A stretch of 23,079 nt of DNA from Gemmatimonadota bacterium (GTDB lineage: Bacteria > Latescibacterota > UBA2968 > UBA8231): NCBI GenBank assembly GCA_038153405.1, contig JAYOYH010000060.1, forward strand, positions 1-23,079. The letters are read 5' to 3'. Of this stretch, positions 17,801 through 23,079 are shown piece after piece. The notes beneath the pieces are model-generated. The model searched no databases and was not told where the DNA came from. It saw nothing but the letters and a program-made list of their open reading frames with translations. The position numbers were made by a program, and so were the translations under genes. Each line of letters begins with the position of its first letter. Within the stretch, counting starts at the first letter, position 1.

Positions 17801-19434
17801 GCTTTGGGCACGGCGAAGTTGACGTCGCGGTCAAACCAGTAAATGTAGCCTTCGAGACTGTGCCCCCAGTCGCGCAGCGATAGCTTGGTATCGTTGAAAA
17901 ATTCTGGATCGGCTGAGGCCTTCAGCAGCAGGGCGGCCACCGTGCGCGCCTGCTCCTGCAGGCCGTCGAAGTCCATAAACTCAATGCGGTCCAGCGGCGT
18001 GTCGGCCAGCGGCCGCAGCTGGTTGGGCGTGACCAATGAGATGGCCTCTTTGCCGACGAATACAACGGCCTCGCTGTCGAGAGCTAGGCGCACCGGCATG
18101 TAGTTTTTCCATATGCGCTTAACCGGCGCGACGGCATCAATATAGCGGCCTGAATCGGGAAAGACCTCGGCGGAGTAGTCGGCAAAGTGCTGTGAGTAGG
18201 GCGCCATTAGATTTTTGAGATAATCGTCATTGCCCCAGTTGGAGTTGTAGAACGTGCCCATGGCAAAGCTGGCCACCTGTTCGCTATGCGAACTGAGGTC
18301 GAGGCCGACGAAGAGGCGAAAATCGATCTCAGCGCCCTCTGCGATACGCTCGCGAAAATAGGTGCTCTTGCGCGCGTGACGCGCTATAAAGTCGTTGATG
18401 CCGGCCAGGCCTTGAAAGTGACCTGGCGTAGCTAGGAAGAGCACGGTGTAGCGCGTGCCGTGCTCCTTGAGCAGGCGCGCTGTTTCCAGCAGAGTGGCGA
18501 TGCCGCTGGCGCTCTCGGCGCCGGGGGCCAGCCCCGGAACGACCGACATCGCGTCGTAGTGCGCCTGCACGACAAGCACCTGGTCTTTCCATTTCTGCAC
18601 CTGCTGGCGCTGACCGCGCGGCATTTCTTCGTCCAGACCGGGCAATACAGCGTAGATATTGCGCGCCGTGGCCTGCTCCCAGTCCATGCGCGCTTCCAAA
18701 TGCGCCTGCGTATGTCCGCTTTCTATCTGCGTGCGCAGGGCTTGTACTTCTGAGCTCTCTATCCAAAAGCGCGGAATATCGACCGAAACCTGCAGAAACT
18801 TTTCCGCTGCCTCCCCGCGCGTAACGCGTCCGTCGTCGTAGAAGAGAATGGCGCGCGCGCCTAGTGCGCGCACTTCGACGTAGTTGTTGCCCGAGCCAAA
18901 GGCCATCAGGGCAATGCTGCCGTCAACCTGCTGTCCATCTAATTCGGCGAGCGTGCCGCGGCCGGTGTCGATCAGGTGGCCATTGATGCCGCCGGAGGGC
19001 AGCGTCGAGGTGCGCACGCCGTTGGGCCACAGGGCGTGCAGTGCGTAGTGCTGGCCGGAAGGCAGGCGCAGATGCGCGCCCTTGTCCATGGGAACCGGTA
19101 GATCAAAGTGTTCAGAGGTAATGTCTTGGAGGCCTATTTGGCGGAACTGTTCTTCGACGTAACGAGCGGCGGCGACTGCGCCTGGATAACCTGTCACGCG
19201 CGAAGGATAGGCACTTAGGACTTCGATATGAGCGCGCAGATCGCTTGCATTCAAGCGCTGCACGACGTCGTACACATCGGGGTCGCTGACGTTGACTATC
19301 GTTTCGCTAAGCGGTTTCCAGCCTATGGCCTCTTCGATATAGGAGGAAAGGCGCTCGGGGCTGAGTGCCGTTACCGTCAGCAGAAAGAGAACGGCAATCG
19401 CAATGAGAACTGCGCGTTTAATTGGCATAAGCAT
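14815..19434 (-). CDS. Large membrane protein: N-terminal PA/M28-peptidase-like ectodomain fused to a MacB/FtsX-like ABC permease module
   Basis: Signal anchor, then SRVTGYPG, PA-like GRGT...VDGSIAL and AHYD...APGA..ASG. A central TM bundle follows, then GISNLSKRRLRTALT (MacB-type TM1), a periplasmic domain and NTMTGAVYERSKEIGVYSVVGL (FtsX motif). Confidence 0.85.
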   Translation of the reverse strand: MLMPIKRAVLIAIAVLFLLTVTALSPERLSSYIEEAIGWKPLSETIVNVSDPDVYDVVQRLNASDLRAHIEVLSAYPSRVTGYPGAVAAARYVEEQFRQIGLQDITSEHFDLPVPMDKGAHLRLPSGQHYALHALWPNGVRTSTLPSGGINGHLIDTGRGTLAELDGQQVDGSIALMAFGSGNNYVEVRALGARAILFYDDGRVTRGEAAEKFLQVSVDIPRFWIESSEVQALRTQIESGHTQAHLEARMDWEQATARNIYAVLPGLDEEMPRGQRQQVQKWKDQVLVVQAHYDAMSVVPGLAPGAESASGIATLLETARLLKEHGTRYTVLFLATPGHFQGLAGINDFIARHARKSTYFRERIAEGAEIDFRLFVGLDLSSHSEQVASFAMGTFYNSNWGNDDYLKNLMAPYSQHFADYSAEVFPDSGRYIDAVAPVKRIWKNYMPVRLALDSEAVVFVGKEAISLVTPNQLRPLADTPLDRIEFMDFDGLQEQARTVAALLLKASADPEFFNDTKLSLRDWGHSLEGYIYWFDRDVNFAVPKAPVADALVTYLQPGPNSIAGVRTLIAARAHSEGDSAGFFRFDIMRNRFSNRIQAFELDGDGRIVSAPDLGEEGDKTYPGMQPYGWWENRMMQVLFKCEALSFLEVVDPRYLSAMDRINVLGSNDAAPRSFGFSYIENQSGLADRVVQAGVVFAEKDSRVKILAGEGAFGGESALAGVRFMLTNADRAFLQQPLDPSTVDLSVIERAQGRGFDPAQNVLFHPSLQAARDMWIIDEARIKQLERHGIIVEELQQMHARARSALLEAERHLADLNYSEYKSAVRRALGVEARIYPEVKSTANDTVRAVIFYFALILPFSFFCERFFFGYPEIRKQIIAFAGIFISIFLVLRWLHPAFKLSSSPYIIFLAFVILALGLLVVFIVIGRFKDMLQKRKGAAAGMHETDVGRVSAGFAAILLGISNLSKRRLRTALTAITLTLLTFTVSSFTSVKSSLDFYRLPRDTKPQYEGALVRERAWRGMQLSTLDYVRSAFAADALVVPRAWYLSQVQSEKAYIDIESPDRSKSSFVHGIVGLHPDEPRVTGIDQYLTAGRFFAADERHVVLLPDKLAALLGIEAEDVGRAQVRLFAQDYTVIGLFDSERLAALHDLDGESLTPVDTVTDAGLIAREATEDPRTKASAPLESFSHLAPENALFMPYEIVLEMEGQLRSIAIAAPPGTTDAFVERVESFMTRVALTLFVSQKDRVVVYSSIGSTEISGAGQLFIPVLIAALIVVNTMTGAVYERSKEIGVYSVVGLAPSHIGMLFFAESTVFATFGAVAGYLLGQVSYLFIVQYELLSGLTLNYSSLSAVWATIIVILTVYISTLYPARLAANMAVPDVTRQWRFPPPQGDDWRFDFPFTVGGAEVPSMYVYLKTVFDAYGEGSVGDFIARDVALRSTQTSDGTAYAIAMRAWLAPYDLGISQDVTLHAIPTGEHNIYMIEVHIGRLSGDIASWQRMNRNFLNVLRKRFLVWRTLPAGIREDYQGRVDGAFNRAEVSA

Positions 19435-19435
19435 G

Positions 19436-19467
19436 CGCTGTGCGCGCTGTAAGTGCGGCGCACAGCG
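19436..19467 (-). promoter_or_regulatory. Stem-loop immediately upstream of the M28/FtsX start codon
   Basis: Perfect 10-bp inverted repeat CGCTGTGCGC (19436-19445) / GCGCACAGCG (19458-19467), with only 1 nt between the stem and ATG 19434. Confidence 0.45.
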
Positions 19468-19521
19468 TCAACAATGAGACCGGTGTGACGAAACGGCTAT
19501 ATGGGAGTGCTTGAGCAGTGA

Positions 19522-20292
19522 TTAGTTAGCCGCGAGTTCGCTGAGGTTCTTGACCTTCTTTAGCTCGCGCTGAAAGCGGAACGCGAGATCGATTTCCTCG
19601 ACGGGCTCGTTGCGGTAGTTGTAGCGCAGGCCAAAGTCGGGTATGTGGAATACGATGGATCCAACGTCATTGTGGATTTTCGAAAAAATCACGTAGCCCT
19701 CGACATCCTGACCCGAAAAACAGAACTCATCGTCGGGATATTTGGACTGGTTGACGATGTCGCGGCGCTCGTCATAGCGCAGGTACCCCAATCCGTTAAA
19801 GGCCAGGGGAAAGCGGCGATAGTACTCTTCAACGTCGTAGGCGCCCCACGGGAAGTACTTGCGTCCGTTCGTCGACTCGACGACAATTTTGAGCGGATCG
19901 AGCTTTACTTTCGGATATTCGTAATTTTTAACCGTAATTTTGAACACGGACAGGCGCTGCGGCGATTCGCCCGTTTTGGGATCGACCCAGTTGCCGTAGG
20001 TAAAGGGCGTCGAGGGCATCTCGTCGCCGGGACCGCTGGCGTCGCTCGACTGCGCGGGGTACTGTCGGTTGAGCTCTTCGTCGGTCATGGCACGCACGGA
20101 GACTTCCAGGCGATTCTGTACAAAGGTGACGGTGCCGTCGTCGAGTACCTGCATTTGCGTCCCTTCGCCGCTCTGTTGCTGGGCAACTTCAGCGGGTTCG
20201 AATTTTCCGGGGACCACATAATGCCCACATCCAGTAACCAGCAGTAGGGACAGCGACCAACCGAGTCCAAGTGCCATTTTAAGCGTGCGCAT
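19522..20292 (-). CDS. Hypothetical lipoprotein
   Basis: ATG 20292 (MRTLKMALG) after GAGGAG. Lipobox LVTGC. Beta-rich soluble domain (VFKITVKN...VEGYVIF). Family not recognised. Confidence 0.8.
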   Translation of the reverse strand: MRTLKMALGLGWSLSLLLVTGCGHYVVPGKFEPAEVAQQQSGEGTQMQVLDDGTVTFVQNRLEVSVRAMTDEELNRQYPAQSSDASGPGDEMPSTPFTYGNWVDPKTGESPQRLSVFKITVKNYEYPKVKLDPLKIVVESTNGRKYFPWGAYDVEEYYRRFPLAFNGLGYLRYDERRDIVNQSKYPDDEFCFSGQDVEGYVIFSKIHNDVGSIVFHIPDFGLRYNYRNEPVEEIDLAFRFQRELKKVKNLSELAAN

Positions 20293-20317
20293 TGGAGATC
20301 TCCTCTCAGTGCCTTGT

Positions 20318-21658
20318 TCACATGTCAATCGGGGATGTGCTCTGCCGTTGGCGGGCGACGAATTCCCGAAAATTGTCTTCTTCCATCTGCACCTGATCGA
20401 CTGATTGCTGGCGCAGATTTTCTATGAATACCTCAAATATGGGTGCGGCTTTGGCCTCGCGCAGGTCGCGACTAACCTGGACGCTAAGCGTCTGAGCGTT
20501 ATTGGCTATCGGGGCATAGCGCTCCCTGTTTTGCTCGTAAAACGCGCGCAGCTCGTTCTCATCAATACGCACTTGCGAGTAAATATCGCTCTCCCACATA
20601 GACTCGAGAATTTTTTGCTGCAGCACCTTTTCCCGATCCTCTATCAGCTCTTCATACAGGCCCTTGCCGCGCGCTTCTTCGGCCAGAATTTTTTCGGCCA
20701 CGTACGCGCGGGTGACGCGAAAACCCAACTCCGTAGGCGTTGCAGCAGGCGCTGAGTCGGCTTGCTGCAAGCGCTGTATGGCTTGCTGATACTCGGCCAG
20801 CGTCCATTCGCCCGCATCGCTTTTGAGCAGGCGCAAGCTAGGTGCCGCGTCGCCAGAAAGAACCTGGGCCAGCGCTGCCGTATCGATTTGCACGGCGTGG
20901 CGCTCGGCCAGGCGAGCGAGAAAATTAATATTGGCATCCTGCTGGCGCTGGCGGCGCAGCGTAGTCTCGACGAGTTGGCGGCGCTGTTCCAGTGCTACCT
21001 GGCGCTTATCAGCCACCTGCACGAGGAGATAGCGGTCCTCTGCTTCAATGAGTTCTACGGTGCCCTTTTGCAAGAGAAAGAGCGGTGCATAGCGCGCATC
21101 GACCATGAGCGGATTGAGCCAGTCGGTGGCCATCGGCCGCATCGAATAGCTCGATGACAGCTGGCTAAACTCCATGCCGCCGCGCAGCTTTTCCAATAGC
21201 TCGAGCGCCTTTTGCCGCTCTTCTATGTCGACGCGCTGCAGGCGAATTTCGCTGCCGGCGCCCGTCTCATCGTAGAACGAACGGAGTTCTTCATCCGTCC
21301 AGGACAAGCCGTCGCCCATTTCTAGCTCAATTAGCTTGGATACCAGGCGATTGCGCTCCCACGCCTGCACGGCATTTTGTACGCTGGCATCTTCGTGCAG
21401 GTTGCGTCGCCGCGCTTCTTTCATCATTAACTCGCGGTCTATGACCAACTGAAACTGCTGGCGCCACTGTTCGAGCGTGAGCGCTTGCGCATTGCTGCCG
21501 AGTCGCTGCAGCACCTCGCTGAAATCGCGCTCTGTGATTTCTCGCTCGCCCACCCGCGCGAGGACGGGGTCGGCAGGTGGGGACGGCGCCTCTTCCTGCG
21601 CACACGAACACAGGAGCAAGCCGCAGAGAAGAGCGCCGAACGGCCGTTTAAATAGCAA
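20318..21658 (-). CDS. SurA/PrsA-like (parvulin PPIase) lipoprotein chaperone, probably degenerate
   Basis: TTG start 3 nt after the upstream stop. Lipobox LCSC. VLARVGEREIT...LVIDRELMMKEARRRNL (SurA/PrsA N-domain), TDEELRSFY and parvulin-like LRGGMEFSQLSSSYS. Confidence 0.75.
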   Translation of the reverse strand: MLFKRPFGALLCGLLLCSCAQEEAPSPPADPVLARVGEREITERDFSEVLQRLGSNAQALTLEQWRQQFQLVIDRELMMKEARRRNLHEDASVQNAVQAWERNRLVSKLIELEMGDGLSWTDEELRSFYDETGAGSEIRLQRVDIEERQKALELLEKLRGGMEFSQLSSSYSMRPMATDWLNPLMVDARYAPLFLLQKGTVELIEAEDRYLLVQVADKRQVALEQRRQLVETTLRRQRQQDANINFLARLAERHAVQIDTAALAQVLSGDAAPSLRLLKSDAGEWTLAEYQQAIQRLQQADSAPAATPTELGFRVTRAYVAEKILAEEARGKGLYEELIEDREKVLQQKILESMWESDIYSQVRIDENELRAFYEQNRERYAPIANNAQTLSVQVSRDLREAKAAPIFEVFIENLRQQSVDQVQMEEDNFREFVARQRQSTSPIDM

Positions 21659-21661
21659 ACC

Positions 21662-23079
21662 TTAGAATCCCCACCCTCTCCGTTCCGCCGGGCGACCGCC
21701 GAGGCGTTCCTGTTCGATACCGGCAAAGAGCTCGATAAAGGCAATGGTATTGCTGACATCGAGATCCTTCAGGTTGCCGTAGTTAATATCGTTGACTTGG
21801 AAACCAATGTTGGAGGTGATGCTGTATCCCTGATACTGCACCCGGTTGGTGTACTGCGCGGTAAAGACCTTGCCGACGAAATCGTCGACGTACTCGGGCG
21901 GGAGCGGGTCGGGGATGCGCTCGGCGTTGCGGAATATAATGGTCTCAACGCCGACTTCGACGCGGCTCTTGGTCAGGACTGGAAATACGGCCGAGATAGA
22001 GAAAATTTCGCTCAGGTCGTTGATCTCCAATAGGGCGGGACGCGGCTGCGTGCGACGGCGCCACATGCTCTTCCAACGCGGAATCAGCGTGACGTTGCCG
22101 ATGGGGAACGGATAGTCGGCTTTGTTGATGACGCCGATAAAGGTGCTGTCGTCAAAGTTGCTACCCGCCGTCGCATCTTCGGCGCGCTGTTTGTAGTGGT
22201 CAACGCGGAGCTTGTTGACGAAGGTCAAATTGCCGCGCGTGTACTTGTAGCCGAGGTAGCCCTGGTTGACCAAAGCATCCTGGGTAATCAGCGGATCGTC
22301 AAAGGGCTGCAGGCCGCCTACGGACCCCGGGCGCTGCACCCACTGCAGCAGGTTATCGGGAATATTGTCCTTGACTAATTTAATCATGTAAAACGCATCC
22401 ACGCGGCCAATGCGCGCCAAGTCCTGTTCAGAACTGAGCAAGAGAAAGCTGGTTTTGGCGCGTTCGTTTCCGGCGATGAGCCATTCGCGGCTGCGGCCTA
22501 TAGTCATATTGACGCCTGGGTATATTTCGGCGCCGCCGTACATGTTGTAGCCGCGGTGGCCGCGCTTGTAGGGATAGTCGGCCTCTTCGTCGTTTTCAAA
22601 GCGGTCGACTACCGTGTTGTTGTTCATATCGACGCCGAAGAGAAATTCCGGCGGGTCAATGTAGTGGCGCAGGAAGGGCTCTTCGTAGTCCGGCGTCAAG
22701 TTGCTATTTTCGTTGAAATCGGAGATGAGGTCGTTGTTTTCGTCGAGACCGGGAAATATGGCGTTGTCCCCGCCGCCGCCGCCAAAGCGCGGCCAGTCGA
22801 CGGCTTGGTCCTGGTCGTCGTTATCGTCGATATACTCAAACCAGTTCTGGCGCTGGTTCTCGTAGTCGACAAAGTCGTTTTGGTCGGTGATATAGCCGCG
22901 CGTAGTGTAGTCGTGATCCATGCTGAACGCTTCGCTATAGCCGAAGTAGCGGCCCGAACGCTTGGTGGCGTTGATAAACCAGGCGTCGGCCTGCTGGTCG
23001 CTCAGCATCAGGTTGCTCAGCTTTTGCACGTTGATGTTGGGATAGCGCTGGAACTGCGCGTTGCGCGCAAATTCGCCGC
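21662..23079 (-). CDS. Large hypothetical exported protein, Asp/Asn-rich, possibly outer-membrane beta-barrel; 5' end outside the window
   Basis: Frame stays open to the right edge (GEFARNAQFQRYPNINVQKLSN...), so the track start at 23029 is internal. EF-hand-like loops DENNDLISD and DMNNNTVVD, amphipathic beta-strand patterns, C-terminal Phe. Confidence 0.75.
   Translation of the reverse strand, partial: GEFARNAQFQRYPNINVQKLSNLMLSDQQADAWFINATKRSGRYFGYSEAFSMDHDYTTRGYITDQNDFVDYENQRQNWFEYIDDNDDQDQAVDWPRFGGGGGDNAIFPGLDENNDLISDFNENSNLTPDYEEPFLRHYIDPPEFLFGVDMNNNTVVDRFENDEEADYPYKRGHRGYNMYGGAEIYPGVNMTIGRSREWLIAGNERAKTSFLLLSSEQDLARIGRVDAFYMIKLVKDNIPDNLLQWVQRPGSVGGLQPFDDPLITQDALVNQGYLGYKYTRGNLTFVNKLRVDHYKQRAEDATAGSNFDDSTFIGVINKADYPFPIGNVTLIPRWKSMWRRRTQPRPALLEINDLSEIFSISAVFPVLTKSRVEVGVETIIFRNAERIPDPLPPEYVDDFVGKVFTAQYTNRVQYQGYSITSNIGFQVNDINYGNLKDLDVSNTIAFIELFAGIEQERLGGRPAERRGWGF

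Noticed and set aside
19645..20247. 200-aa plus-strand ORF
   Set aside because: Antisense to the lipoprotein gene, with no recognisable motif.
1547..22378. Numerous 60-205 aa overlapping ORFs in the track
   Set aside because: All lie within better-supported genes in other frames, as expected for GC-rich DNA.
1..23079. CRISPR arrays, tRNA/rRNA, IS elements, prophage or defence genes
   Set aside because: No spaced repeats, cloverleafs, transposase/integrase or nuclease motifs seen. Intergenic gaps are all under about 180 nt.

Overview
Gene-dense, GC-rich bacterial window with 15 supportable CDSs (two cut by the window edges). I saw no RNA genes, CRISPR arrays or mobile elements. The left part (1-10052) is a patchwork of transport and catabolic genes: a Na+/solute symporter, two PhyH-family Fe(II)/2-oxoglutarate dioxygenases (one fused to HEAT repeats), a SIMPL lipoprotein, a GPH-type MFS transporter, a class-C beta-lactamase-like serine hydrolase, an enolase-superfamily enzyme and a ROK kinase. 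The right part (10049 to beyond 23079) is one tightly packed minus-strand operon: acidic, possibly outer-membrane protein > degenerate parvulin/SurA-like lipoprotein > unknown lipoprotein > 1539-aa M28-peptidase-like/MacB-FtsX permease fusion > DUF6785/6784-like membrane protein > OPT-like membrane protein > beta-keto-acid cleavage enzyme. This operon is the best candidate for an uncharacterised envelope-spanning system. Its M28 domain has lost catalytic/Zn residues, no ABC ATPase is in view, and the two polytopic membrane proteins look like diverged paralogues that may form a heterodimer. Gene content is reminiscent of Ca. Latescibacterota/Handelsmanbacteria-type genomes, but this is inference only. 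All family calls come from reading motifs by eye, not from database searches.
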